Below, in pieces: positions 22,270-31,821 of a DNA stretch of 40,671 nucleotides. Position 1 is the stretch's first letter, and each line of letters opens with the position of its first letter. The notes under the pieces are model-generated. The model ran no database searches. It saw only the letters and a list, made by a program, of their open reading frames with translations, and was not told the origin of the DNA. A program made the position numbers and the translations under genes. Origin of the DNA: Candidatus Eiseniibacteriota bacterium (lineage in GTDB: Bacteria > Eisenbacteria > RBG-16-71-46 > JABDJR01 > JAWXBZ01); assembly GCA_034440375.1 (NCBI GenBank), contig JAWXBZ010000125.1, forward strand, positions 1-40,671. Direction: 5' to 3'.

Positions 22270-24440
22270 CGCGGGCGGGCGGCCAGACTTTGTAACAGCT
22301 CGCGCACCTCGTCGGCGCGTGAACCCGGCGGAAGTATCGACAGGATCATCCGGAGGCTGCCGCGGGCCCCGGCACGATCATCCAGGTGGATCTGCGCGGC
22401 GTAGAGTCCCCACCAGGCCTCGATCAATCGCGGGCTGGCCTCCGTCGCCCGTTGGTAAGCGGCAGCCGCTTCGCCCCAATTCTCGCGCGACTCGTGAAGT
22501 CGCCCCAGGTTGTAGTGGAGGCGAGGTTCATCCGGCGCCAGGGCCAGGGCACGCCGATAGGTGTTCAATGACGTCAGATACTCCCCCCGTTCCCCATGCA
22601 GGATGGCCAGGTTGGTCAATGCTTTCACGTCGTTCGGTGCCAGCGATACGGCCTGCTCGACCGCGACCAGCGCAAGGTCCGCCCGTCCCCCGCGGGCCAG
22701 GACGCCGCCGAGCGAGGAAAGGAATCCTGCCATCGATCCGCGCTCGGCGATCGAATCATAAAACCCCGGGTCGATGGCGCGAAAATCCGGCAGCACCGTC
22801 CCGGCCGGACGACGGAATATCCGAACGGTTGGCCCGACAAGGCCGCGTTCCGGCCGGAATTCCACGACCAGGTTCAGGTGGCGGGCCACGCCGTCGTAGA
22901 AATTTACCTGGGCCGGAAACTCATCCGTGCGGCTCAAGTAGCGATCGTACAGTGCGCTGGAGAGGACGATCCACTCGAACGGGGCGTAGTACGGCAGACT
23001 GTACGCGGGGTCGAATCGGTGCGGGTCCACCGAATCGAACGGGATGACCAGGAGTGCCAGGCTGTCGGACATTGACTCGATCGAGTATCGCTCGACGGCG
23101 ATGAGACTGCCGGCCGGTATCCCCGAACGGGCCCAGGCGATGGCCGCATCCCGGGTCGAGGGCCGCTGGCGGCTGGTGCCCTCGCGAACGGAAACCAGGA
23201 GCGGCGGGCCCGCGAGGAGCGCCACCAGGGCCAGCGTCGCGCCCCCCCGCCCGATGGCCGGCGTCACGCTCGAAGCCCAAACTCTGGCAAGACGTTCGAC
23301 CAGAAGGCCGGCACCCAGTCCAGCCATGACGCACCAGGCTGGTACCAGGAGCAGAACATAGCGATCGAAGGCCACCCGCCAGGAACCGACCCAGAGAAGG
23401 CCGGCCAGAGCGAAGAGAGCCACATAACGTGACGTTCCGCCACGCCGTGCGGCCGGCACCAGGGCGATGATCGCCAGGACGAAGGCCGGCCAGCCAAGTG
23501 CGCGCGGCAACAGGTCCGTCAGGTAAAAGAAGTAGCCCGCCTCGTTGACCGATCGAAAGTGTCCGGTGGCCATGTGCCAGCGTTCGAAGGCGACGGCCTG
23601 CCAGGCAGCCGGCAGGTTGAAGAGGAGAAAAGGCGAAGTCAGCACGAAGGCCAGCAGGGCGATCCCGCCGATTCGCAATGCCCGAATCGGCCGTGGCCAT
23701 GCGGCAGCCAGGAGGAGCGGCAGCAGCACCATCGCGGCCGGGTACTTGCACGAGACGGCGAGCCCGGCCGCAATGCCGGCCTTTCGAAGATCGACGTCAC
23801 TCCCCCGCCGCACCACGCCGTCCAGAAACCAGAGTGCCATCGCCAGGCACGCCATCATCGGCACGTCGGTCCCGATCACCCGTGACTCGGCGACATGAAC
23901 CGGCCCGACCGCCAGGATCAGCGCCGACAGGACGCCGGACAGCCGTGCCGTCCATCGGCCCGCGTCCCATGACAGCGAACGAGTCAGGCGGAAGATCGGT
24001 ATGAGGGTCAGGGCGCCGATCGAAGCATTGAGCCCGCGGGCGGCCATCACGAGGGCCGGCGCCGGCGTCGCCAGGGCCGTCCGAAACTCCGAGAGTCCCG
24101 ACCACGCTCCGGCAACAGCACCGACCAGACCGGCCGCGCCAAGCCATAGAAACTGCAGGTAGAAGGTCAGGGTCGGGTAATTATAGAAACGGGGGTCCAG
24201 CGTCCAGCGCCCCGTTTGCGCGCCCCAGAACTCGGCGGCTTTCCGATAAGGGATTGCCTCCTCGGTAAAGGCCGGCAACCCCCAGTCCAGCGCGCGAAGC
24301 CGGAGTGCCATCGCCAGGAGGACAAGGATCCCCAGCACGAGCACTTCCTGCCGTGCGAGGCGATCGCGGTCCGGACCGGGCCCCGACGAGGTGTCCGGTT
24401 GATCCGGGCAATCCGCCCTCCGGTTAGAAATCGGCGCCAA
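22266..24440 (-). CDS. GT-C fold (ArnT/PMT-like) membrane glycosyltransferase with C-terminal TPRs (start uncertain)
   Basis: LRLRALDWGLPAFTEE, FYNYPTL, SRVIGTDVP, GLAVSCKYP, FDRYVLLLVP, many TM helices; TPRs LTNLAILHGERGEY, HYNLGRLHESRENW. Confidence 0.82.
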   Translation of the reverse strand: MAPISNRRADCPDQPDTSSGPGPDRDRLARQEVLVLGILVLLAMALRLRALDWGLPAFTEEAIPYRKAAEFWGAQTGRWTLDPRFYNYPTLTFYLQFLWLGAAGLVGAVAGAWSGLSEFRTALATPAPALVMAARGLNASIGALTLIPIFRLTRSLSWDAGRWTARLSGVLSALILAVGPVHVAESRVIGTDVPMMACLAMALWFLDGVVRRGSDVDLRKAGIAAGLAVSCKYPAAMVLLPLLLAAAWPRPIRALRIGGIALLAFVLTSPFLLFNLPAAWQAVAFERWHMATGHFRSVNEAGYFFYLTDLLPRALGWPAFVLAIIALVPAARRGGTSRYVALFALAGLLWVGSWRVAFDRYVLLLVPAWCVMAGLGAGLLVERLARVWASSVTPAIGRGGATLALVALLAGPPLLVSVREGTSRQRPSTRDAAIAWARSGIPAGSLIAVERYSIESMSDSLALLVIPFDSVDPHRFDPAYSLPYYAPFEWIVLSSALYDRYLSRTDEFPAQVNFYDGVARHLNLVVEFRPERGLVGPTVRIFRRPAGTVLPDFRAIDPGFYDSIAERGSMAGFLSSLGGVLARGGRADLALVAVEQAVSLAPNDVKALTNLAILHGERGEYLTSLNTYRRALALAPDEPRLHYNLGRLHESRENWGEAAAAYQRATEASPRLIEAWWGLYAAQIHLDDRAGARGSLRMILSILPPGSRADEVRELLQSLAARPR

Positions 24441-27400
24441 TCGAGAAGAACTGGATGGCGCTGCCTAGATTCTCCTGAAAGTTCGTCGGCTGGGCCACGT
24501 CGTAACGGAGGATGAGAAACCCCATGTTCATCCGGAGCCCGAAGCCGAATGCCGCTCTCAGGCTGTCGAGGTGAAAGCCCTGGTCGCTGCTGAACGGGTG
24601 AAAGGCGGCCACCTGCCCATCGCCCTGCCGGCCCCAGCCCGCACCCATGTCCAGAAAGATGGCACCACGTATCCCGGGCCACTCCAGCGCCAGTGGAAAA
24701 GCCGTGGCAAGCCGATCGATGAACGGCACCCGGAGTTCGATGTTGGTGAAGGCCGCGTGCGACCCCTCGATCTCACCGTAATCGACGCTCCGAACCGTGA
24801 AGGGGCCGCCCACCCGGTAGACCACCGGATCCTTGCCGGCGCTGTTAGCGAAGATGACACGCCAGGCCAGCGCGTAACGGCGGGCGAAATTCTGGTAGAT
24901 CCGGTAGTCGACCAGCAAGTTCGTTCGCTGAATGCCACCGAATGCCTGGTTCAGCGACACCCGACTACGGGCACCGCCGATGGGCCCGACCGATCCGTAG
25001 ATGGCGGTATCGCGAACCCAGGCCAGTCTTGGCTCCGCATAAAAGTAGGTCGGGCGCTCGCTGATGACGGTCTCGTCCTCGAAGTTGGTCACGATCCGCC
25101 TGGCCTTCACCGACACCGCCGCGACGCCCAGCTCCATTCGGTGAAACTTGTCGAACGGGCGGCTGACGAAGAACTCGCCGCCGCGGTTGATGACGGTTTC
25201 GTATTCGTCTTCGAACGGTCGTGACACCAGGAAGTAGTCATTCCGAAACTGAAAGAGGGCGCCGCCATAGTTGTTGCGGTCCGACTGATCGATGTACTGG
25301 ACCAGCAGATCGCTTTCGAGCAGGGATCCGTAGATTCCCGCGGCCACCAGGATGTTTCGGTTCCCCAGCATGTCGCTGAACGACAGTGATACGAGGCCGG
25401 CCAGGCCGTTGCTGGTGCCGAACGCCGCCTGGGTGGAGGCGTAATCGGTGCTGAACTGGGCCCGGTATCCCCGTCGCTGGAAAGTGAGCGGATCCGGGAG
25501 CGCGTTCATCGCCACGCGAAGCGAGTCGAGCACTTCGGGTGACATGGCGCTGTCCGGCCGTGCCGCGGCGATCCCGGGGTCCATGGGTGAGCCGTGTCCG
25601 TCCGGCCCGGTCGGCAGCGCACGCCAGTCGACAGGGGGAGTTTTAGGATCGGAGCCGGAATCCGGAGGGGCCGGATTGACCGGTGGAAGGCTCATGGCGA
25701 CTCGCCCGAGGCCGCCGGACTGTCCCGGAACTGGCGGGCCACTCTTCATGGCCAGCCCCGTCGCCGTCGCGCCATCGGCAATCGGCAGGCCTGGCTCGGG
25801 AGCCACGATTGCCGGAAGGAGGAACGGATCCTTGACGGCAAACAGGTCCCAGCCGGCCTTTTCGAAGGATGAAAATACGGCCCGGCGGCCGTCGCGCGAA
25901 ACGCCCAGCGGCGGGGAACCCTCGGTAATGCCCGACACACCGGTCAGGAGGTCGGAAATCTGTCGCACGATTCCGTTCTCCAGATTCAGGACAAACAGAT
26001 TGTTGATGCCCGTCCGGTCCGAGACGAAGAGCACCTCCTTGCCATCGGCTGACCAGTACGGCGTGATGTTCTTTCCGGCCATCGCGGGAAGCGTGTCGAT
26101 CGCGGTCGTCTCGAGAGTCAACATCGCCAGTCGGTAGCGATCGAAGACGAGCCGGTCGAAGTCGGTGCCGGGCCCCCGGTCGGTCACGAAGACGATCCGG
26201 GTTCCGTCCGGCGACCAGCGGGGCTGACGATCGGCGTACTTGTCCTCGGTCAGGCGAATCAGGTTTGACCCGTTCGCGTCGCAAAGGTACAGATCCGAAG
26301 TTCCACCCCGTTCGCCGGAAAAGACCAGCCGACTGCCGTCGGGTGACCAGCAGGGCGAGGTGATCGCATCGATATCCTCGAATTCCAGCTTGCCGACGTC
26401 CTTTTTCTCCACCGTGTCGAACAGGTAGAGGACATCGCGCGGACCGGACTTGGCCGGCAGAATGACCCGGCGCCCGTCCGGGTGCCAGTCGGCGGAGCTG
26501 GTAAAGAAGCGAAAGCTCTCGAAGTCGGCGCGACGCTCCCCTTCCGCCAGCTGGCCCAGTTCCTTGCCATCGATGGCCGAGGCCAGGTAGAGGCCGGTGG
26601 ACAGCCCCCGGTCCGAAATGTAGGTCATCTTGTCCCCGGTCGGTGAGACCGCGGGGACCACGTTGTAGTTGGTCTGATTTTTCTCATGGCGGGTCAGGCG
26701 GCGGCCAAAGTCCGAGGCTCGCTGGTACCGGGCTACCTGCGGCAGGTAGTTGAGGCGAACGCTCTCCAGCCAATCGTCCGAAAGTTTTTCCACCGTGACA
26801 CCAAGCACGAACTCGATCGACCGGCCGACATTTCGGGTGGCGCCGGTCCGCCGCAGCAGATCGCCGACCCTCTCTTCGCCGTACTGCCGCGCGATGAATT
26901 CCCAGATCGACTGGCCGAAGCGATAGACCCGGATGTCGTAGGCGTAATCGAGCGTTTCGATCGGGATGAGGTACCCCTGCAGGGCGCCGTCCTTCAGCCA
27001 CATCTCGGTGTTCGGGTCGACGCCGCCGAGCGAGAGGTATTCGGCCATCCCTTCCATGAACCAGCCGGGAGGCTGAAAGGTAAATGGATTGGAAAGGAAG
27101 CTCTGGGATTTTCCGTACAGAATGTCGATCTGGAAGGCGTGCACGAGTTCATGGGACAGGACATGCTCGAGCTCGCTGTAGGAACCGGTGAACGGCAGGA
27201 AGACCCGCTGCTTGGCGAATTCGGTGACGCCGCCGGTCCCTTCGTCGATCAAATCCTGAAGGATGTTGGTCTGCTGGAACTGTCCGTGCGTGGCGTACAG
27301 CACCAGGGGGATCGGCTTCCGAAACTGGTGCCGGAGGACATGGGCCAGTCGGACGTACGAGCGTTCGGCCATCCGGGCGGCGTCCTTGGCCGTCTCCGCC

Positions 27401-27585
27401 TCTTCCTCGTAGTAATAGACCTCGAAGTGTTCGGTCTTGAGGATCTTCCAGTCGAAGTCGTCGTAGTGAACCTTGTTCTTGCCGAAATACTGGGCCTGGA
27501 CGCCGGTCGGAACTGCCAGCAGCCCGGCAAGGATGGCGAGCGTGGTCCGGCATGCCAGCCCCGCAGCCGTCACATGATGCCGCAT
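24424..27585 (-). CDS. Omp85/BamA-family barrel protein with N-terminal gluzincin (peptidase MA-like) domain and PD40/TolB propeller
   Basis: ATG 27585 with GAGG; QYFGKNKVHY; HELVH...WFMEGMAEY; PD40 repeats (WHPDG, WSPDG x2, WSADG); VRSVD loop, ELRVP, FGFGLR, C-terminal FFSIGADF. Confidence 0.88.
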   Translation of the reverse strand: MRHHVTAAGLACRTTLAILAGLLAVPTGVQAQYFGKNKVHYDDFDWKILKTEHFEVYYYEEEAETAKDAARMAERSYVRLAHVLRHQFRKPIPLVLYATHGQFQQTNILQDLIDEGTGGVTEFAKQRVFLPFTGSYSELEHVLSHELVHAFQIDILYGKSQSFLSNPFTFQPPGWFMEGMAEYLSLGGVDPNTEMWLKDGALQGYLIPIETLDYAYDIRVYRFGQSIWEFIARQYGEERVGDLLRRTGATRNVGRSIEFVLGVTVEKLSDDWLESVRLNYLPQVARYQRASDFGRRLTRHEKNQTNYNVVPAVSPTGDKMTYISDRGLSTGLYLASAIDGKELGQLAEGERRADFESFRFFTSSADWHPDGRRVILPAKSGPRDVLYLFDTVEKKDVGKLEFEDIDAITSPCWSPDGSRLVFSGERGGTSDLYLCDANGSNLIRLTEDKYADRQPRWSPDGTRIVFVTDRGPGTDFDRLVFDRYRLAMLTLETTAIDTLPAMAGKNITPYWSADGKEVLFVSDRTGINNLFVLNLENGIVRQISDLLTGVSGITEGSPPLGVSRDGRRAVFSSFEKAGWDLFAVKDPFLLPAIVAPEPGLPIADGATATGLAMKSGPPVPGQSGGLGRVAMSLPPVNPAPPDSGSDPKTPPVDWRALPTGPDGHGSPMDPGIAAARPDSAMSPEVLDSLRVAMNALPDPLTFQRRGYRAQFSTDYASTQAAFGTSNGLAGLVSLSFSDMLGNRNILVAAGIYGSLLESDLLVQYIDQSDRNNYGGALFQFRNDYFLVSRPFEDEYETVINRGGEFFVSRPFDKFHRMELGVAAVSVKARRIVTNFEDETVISERPTYFYAEPRLAWVRDTAIYGSVGPIGGARSRVSLNQAFGGIQRTNLLVDYRIYQNFARRYALAWRVIFANSAGKDPVVYRVGGPFTVRSVDYGEIEGSHAAFTNIELRVPFIDRLATAFPLALEWPGIRGAIFLDMGAGWGRQGDGQVAAFHPFSSDQGFHLDSLRAAFGFGLRMNMGFLILRYDVAQPTNFQENLGSAIQFFSIGADF

Positions 27586-27678
27586 GGTCAACCTCGGATC
27601 CCCCGGGGCCGGCAGCTGGCTGGTGGGACGGTAGTGCCGCCAAAGCAGGTGCTCACCACTCGGGCGACGTGTGCAACC

Positions 27679-27708
27679 AGTATGGAACCCCAAAATAACC
27701 CCAGTCAA
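27679..27708 (-). promoter_or_regulatory. Putative sigma70 promoter of the Omp85/GT-C/waaF/gmhB operon
   Basis: TTGACT-N18-CATACT. Confidence 0.5.
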
Positions 27709-27718
27709 CCCCAACCCC
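27686..27718 (-). repeat. Four GGGGTT units forming a G-quadruplex consensus
   Basis: Plus strand AACCCC at 27686, 27697, 27707 and 27713. Confidence 0.75.
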
Positions 27719-27784
27719 ACAATTCAAGCACCACCAATTCATCCCGGCCCCCCCTTGCATCCGAGATACATTATGATGGCCTCC

Positions 27785-29884
27785 ATGTTTTCCCGCCGCC
27801 GATCATGGATCGTCGCCGCCGCCGTTTCGCTTCTGGTTGCCATCGTCGTGACGGTGAGCATGATGCTCGGAACGGACGGCCAGTGGTCGCTGCCGCTGGA
27901 CGACTCCTTCATCTTTTTCCAGTACGCCCGCCAGTTTGCCTCCGGCCATTTCTTTCAGTACAACGGCGGCGATCCCCCCTCCGGCGGTGCCACCAGCGTG
28001 GCTACCCTGTTGATCGATGCCCTCGGGTGGCTGCTCGGCTTCCGCGGAGACGGCATGGTGGTTTTCGCCCTCCTCTGTGGCGCCATTGGCCTCTCGCTCT
28101 GTCTCGTGGCGGCCTGGCGGCTCGGAATCGCAATGGGGATGGAGCGGCCGGTCTGGGCTGCCGCCCTCGTTGGCTTGAACGGTCCGGTGCTCTGGGGCCT
28201 GTTCGCCGGAATGGATTTGCCGCTGTACCTGGCCGGCCTCCTCTGGACCATGACATCCTGGATGGAAGAGGCGCATCGGGGTCCGGGCCGCCGACGGACG
28301 CTGGTCTGGGCCGGGATCGCTGCCGCCAGCCGCCCGGAAGGATTGTCCTTCGGCATCCTCGTGGCGGTTCTCCTCCTCCTGGAGCACCGGGGTCGCTCGA
28401 CACACGAGGACGAGACGGGACGGACCCCGCCGGTGCTGATGCTTACCCCCATTGCCATCGGCCTCCTGCCGATGATTCTCCTTTATCTGTTCACGGGGCG
28501 GGCCACGCCGACCTCGCTGGCCGTAAAAGGAGTTCTCAGCGCACCGGGAATGGATGCCGGCACCTGGATCGGCGGAGCCCTTGAGTACTTTGCTTCGATC
28601 CTCCGCGACATCTATCTTGGTTTCGAGGGAGCCGACCCGGTTCGATTGCAGGCGAACAACGCCTCCGGCGTCATCCTGTACCTGGCACCGCTGACGCTGA
28701 TCCTCTGGTTTATCGGCCTCCTACCCGGCGTGGCCTCCGAACTCTCACGACGACGGCCCGGACCATTCCTCCTGGGCGGACTGGCTTTCCTGTCAGCGAT
28801 CACCGTGGCCTCACTGGTGGTGCCCCGGGCCTATCACTGGCATCGGTATCTCATCCCGACTTTTGCCATGATCCTGCCATTCGCGGCACTTGGCCTGGAG
28901 CGGGTGTGTCGTGGGCTGGCCCGCCTGGCACCGGAAGCCAGGCCCGAAACCATGTTTCGCGTCGTCGGCTTCACCTGGCTGATCCTGACGCTCCCCGGAA
29001 CGCTTTACTTCCTGCTGGCCTTCGCTCAGAACAGCGCCGACATCGCCTTTCAGCAGCGGGCGCTGGCCCGGTGGTGCCGGGTCAACCTGCCGGCCGAGGC
29101 TCGACTCGGTGTCAATGACGCCGGTGCGCTTCGATACGATGGCATCCACCCGATCGTGGACTTCGAGGGTCTGGTCACGCCGTCTCTGACCGACGACCGC
29201 CGGGAGGGGGGCGGTTCGCTCTGGGAAGCCCTGGAACGATTTCCAAGGGATCAGTTACCGACCCATCTGGTGTTGTATCCCAACTGGTACGACGGCGCCA
29301 TGCTCCGCCCCCATCGGCTGATACGCCAGCACCGTATCCTTCGCCAGACGATCGCGGGAGGTAACCCGATGAACGTCTACGAGGCCGACTGGTCACTGCT
29401 GAACTCCGGCGATCAGGTCGCCGAATCCGAGGTGGTGGGCCTGGTTTCGACGCTCCACCTCGTGGATCGGCTCGATGTGGCGGACCTGGCCAACGAACGA
29501 CAGCACCACTACGTCTATCGCGCGGTGGAAGGGAGCTACCAGGGGATCCTGGAACTCCAACCCGGAGGTCCGGACGGCCGATCGATCATGGATGGAGGGC
29601 GACTGATCTCAGGCGGCGAGTCGTTCAACCTGTCCGGCCTGTCACCGGGGCAGGACGCCCTGCTGGTGGCCCGGAGCCGCAATGGCTTCCGACTGCTGAT
29701 TCGTGTCGACGGCAGCGATCCGGTCGAGTGGCTCGAACCTGGGCGTGGCGGACCGAACTGGGTCGAATCGGCCCTCACGATTCCTGGAGAGCTGATTCGT
29801 AAACCAAATGTCCGACTGGATATACGGCTGGCCGAGGAGCACTCGGTTCCATGGTCCAGCTTTCACTACTGGGTGTACCAGTAG
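27785..29884 (+). CDS. GT-C fold membrane glycosyltransferase with soluble C-terminal domain (start 27773-27785)
   Basis: PLDDSFIFFQYARQFASG...YNGG...GATS, AGMDLPL, SRPEG, HRYLIP, NDAGAL...DFEGL; many TM helices. Confidence 0.78.
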   Translation: MFSRRRSWIVAAAVSLLVAIVVTVSMMLGTDGQWSLPLDDSFIFFQYARQFASGHFFQYNGGDPPSGGATSVATLLIDALGWLLGFRGDGMVVFALLCGAIGLSLCLVAAWRLGIAMGMERPVWAAALVGLNGPVLWGLFAGMDLPLYLAGLLWTMTSWMEEAHRGPGRRRTLVWAGIAAASRPEGLSFGILVAVLLLLEHRGRSTHEDETGRTPPVLMLTPIAIGLLPMILLYLFTGRATPTSLAVKGVLSAPGMDAGTWIGGALEYFASILRDIYLGFEGADPVRLQANNASGVILYLAPLTLILWFIGLLPGVASELSRRRPGPFLLGGLAFLSAITVASLVVPRAYHWHRYLIPTFAMILPFAALGLERVCRGLARLAPEARPETMFRVVGFTWLILTLPGTLYFLLAFAQNSADIAFQQRALARWCRVNLPAEARLGVNDAGALRYDGIHPIVDFEGLVTPSLTDDRREGGGSLWEALERFPRDQLPTHLVLYPNWYDGAMLRPHRLIRQHRILRQTIAGGNPMNVYEADWSLLNSGDQVAESEVVGLVSTLHLVDRLDVADLANERQHHYVYRAVEGSYQGILELQPGGPDGRSIMDGGRLISGGESFNLSGLSPGQDALLVARSRNGFRLLIRVDGSDPVEWLEPGRGGPNWVESALTIPGELIRKPNVRLDIRLAEEHSVPWSSFHYWVYQ

Positions 29885-29950
29885 CGCTGTTCAGCCAGGT
29901 TTCGGCCCAGGAAACGAGTCCGGGCAGCGCTCTTCGATGAACGGGGGCCG

Positions 29951-30025
29951 TGATATACTCGATGGCAAGAAACAGGCGATTGGCTAGAAATGATGTGGAA
30001 CCAGAGCCTTCGTCCGGCCATCCAA
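29951..30025 (+). promoter_or_regulatory. Putative tandem promoters of ctpA (extended -10 and ECF/sigmaE-like)
   Basis: TGaTATACT at 29951-29959; GGAAC-N17-CATCCAA at 29997-30025. Confidence 0.4.
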
Positions 30026-30107
30026 TAACCGCTCGTCCGTAGTCCACCTTCTACCCAGCGGCTCGCAACGGGCCGGCCATCCAGTTCGCATCCTCACGGA
30101 GGTTCAT

Positions 30108-31760
30108 TTGATACGCGTCAAGAAGACGACCGTCGCGACCCTGGCACTGGCAATCGGGGCCGGGACGCTGATCGGCGTCCTTCTCACCGGCGACCGGGTA
30201 CAGGCTCAGACCGAAAAGGGCCTCTATTCCCAGCTGAACCTGTTCAGCCGGGTCCTCGACCTGATCGAGAAAAACTATGTCGAGGAAATCGACCCGGAGC
30301 CGCTGATCGAGGGCGCCATTACCGGAATGCTGGCGAAGCTCGACCCCCACTCCACCTATGTCGATTCCGAACGCTTTGCCAAGATGAACGAGCGTAATCA
30401 GGGGGAGTACCACGGAATTGGTGTCAGCTTTGAGATTCGGGACGGCTATATCACGGTCATTTCCCCAATCGAGGGGAGCCCCTCGGACGCCCTTGGCATC
30501 CGTGGCGGCGATCGGATCGTCAAAATCGACGACGTGAGCGCCAAGGGGATCTCCTCCGAGGAGGTCTTCGACAAGCTGCGCGGCCCCAAGGGCTCCAAGG
30601 TCCACGTGACGATCCAGCGCCCCGGAATCGACGACCTGTTCGAGTACGACATCATCCGGGACAAGATTCCGATCTACTCGGTCCCCTACCACTTCATGCT
30701 CGACGAAACGACCGGATATGTGCGCGCCATCCGCTTCTCCGCCACCACGGCACAGGAGCTGGGCGAGGCCATTCAGGACCTGCTCGGCAAGGGAATGCAG
30801 CGACTCGTCTTCGACCTGCGCGGCAATGCCGGCGGCTACCTGAATCAGGCCATCGAGGTCAGTGACATGTTTCTGCCGGGGGGCAAGACGGTCGTTTACA
30901 CCAAGGGGCGCATTCCGGATTCGAGCCAGTACTACTATTCCACCGACAATGACAAGATGCCGAACTTCCCCGTGATCGTGCTGGTTGATCATGGCTCGGC
31001 CTCTGCCTCGGAAATCGTCGCCGGCGCGATCCAGGATCACGATCGCGGGCTGATCCTCGGCGTGACCACTTTCGGCAAGGGCCTTGTCCAGCGGCAGTAC
31101 ACACTGAAGGACGGCTCGGCTTTGCTCCTGACGGTGGCCCGCTACTACACGCCCAGCGGCCGGCTCATTCAGCGGGACTACTCCGACCGCGAGAACTACG
31201 TGTCGGAGGAAGCCATCGAAGAGGCGGAAGCGGAAACCGAGAAGGCGGCCGGCGGCACCGAGGGGCTCCCGCAGTTCAAGACCGATTCCGGTCGCACCGT
31301 TTTCGGCGGTGGTGGTGTCACCCCGGATGTGCGGACGGAATACACGCGCAAGTTGACCGAATTGCAGACCCGCCTCGAGCGTGAGCAACTCTTTTCCGAG
31401 TTTGCGCCCAGGCTGGCCAACTCGCGCGGCATGACCAAGAACGATGATTTCGAGCAATTCATCAAGACCTGGCAGATCGATGAGGCCACGCTGGGGCAGT
31501 TCAAGGGCTTCGTCGACGAGAAGAGCAAATCGTTCCCTGAGGATCGGAAGATCACCTACACCGTCGACGAGTGGAAAACGGATCTCATCTATGCACGCCA
31601 GGCTCTCAAGCGCGAAGTGGCCCGGACCGTCTGGGGCGACATGAGCCGCTACCAGGTGGCCATCTCCGATGACGAGATGATCGCCGAGGCGATGCGTCAC
31701 TTTGATCAGGCGGCGCTGATGGCCAGGAACATGGAAGGGGCGGCTGTCGAGCAGCGCTGA
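30108..31760 (+). CDS. ctpA: S41 family carboxy-terminal processing protease
   Basis: LDPHSTY, PDZ (GIGV, LRGPKGSKV), DLRGNAGG, SASASEIVAGAIQD, TFGKGLVQ, YYTPSGR; GGAGG before TTG. Confidence 0.95.
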   Translation: MIRVKKTTVATLALAIGAGTLIGVLLTGDRVQAQTEKGLYSQLNLFSRVLDLIEKNYVEEIDPEPLIEGAITGMLAKLDPHSTYVDSERFAKMNERNQGEYHGIGVSFEIRDGYITVISPIEGSPSDALGIRGGDRIVKIDDVSAKGISSEEVFDKLRGPKGSKVHVTIQRPGIDDLFEYDIIRDKIPIYSVPYHFMLDETTGYVRAIRFSATTAQELGEAIQDLLGKGMQRLVFDLRGNAGGYLNQAIEVSDMFLPGGKTVVYTKGRIPDSSQYYYSTDNDKMPNFPVIVLVDHGSASASEIVAGAIQDHDRGLILGVTTFGKGLVQRQYTLKDGSALLLTVARYYTPSGRLIQRDYSDRENYVSEEAIEEAEAETEKAAGGTEGLPQFKTDSGRTVFGGGGVTPDVRTEYTRKLTELQTRLEREQLFSEFAPRLANSRGMTKNDDFEQFIKTWQIDEATLGQFKGFVDEKSKSFPEDRKITYTVDEWKTDLIYARQALKREVARTVWGDMSRYQVAISDDEMIAEAMRHFDQAALMARNMEGAAVEQR

Positions 31761-31792
31761 TCCGGCGCGTCGATTCCGAAACGAACAACGTG

Positions 31793-31818
31793 GGCGGGGT
31801 CTTTAAAAAGACCCCGCC
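31793..31818. terminator. Hairpin between convergent ctpA and folC (probable terminator)
   Basis: Perfect inverted repeat GGCGGGGTCTTT-aa-AAAGACCCCGCC. Confidence 0.75.
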
Positions 31819-31821
31819 TTC

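Noticed and set aside
26686-28584. 632-aa plus-strand ORF
   Set aside because: Antisense to the Omp85 gene, then out of frame within the GT-C gene; composition is not protein-like.
29883-29931. Hairpin AGCGCTG...GTTTC-loop-GAAAC...CAGCGCT considered as SRP RNA or another ncRNA
   Set aside because: Lacks the SRP domain IV motif with its GNRA loop and is too short; more likely a 3' hairpin of the GT-C mRNA.
30051-31700. 549-aa ORF antisense to ctpA
   Set aside because: Shadow frame of ctpA.
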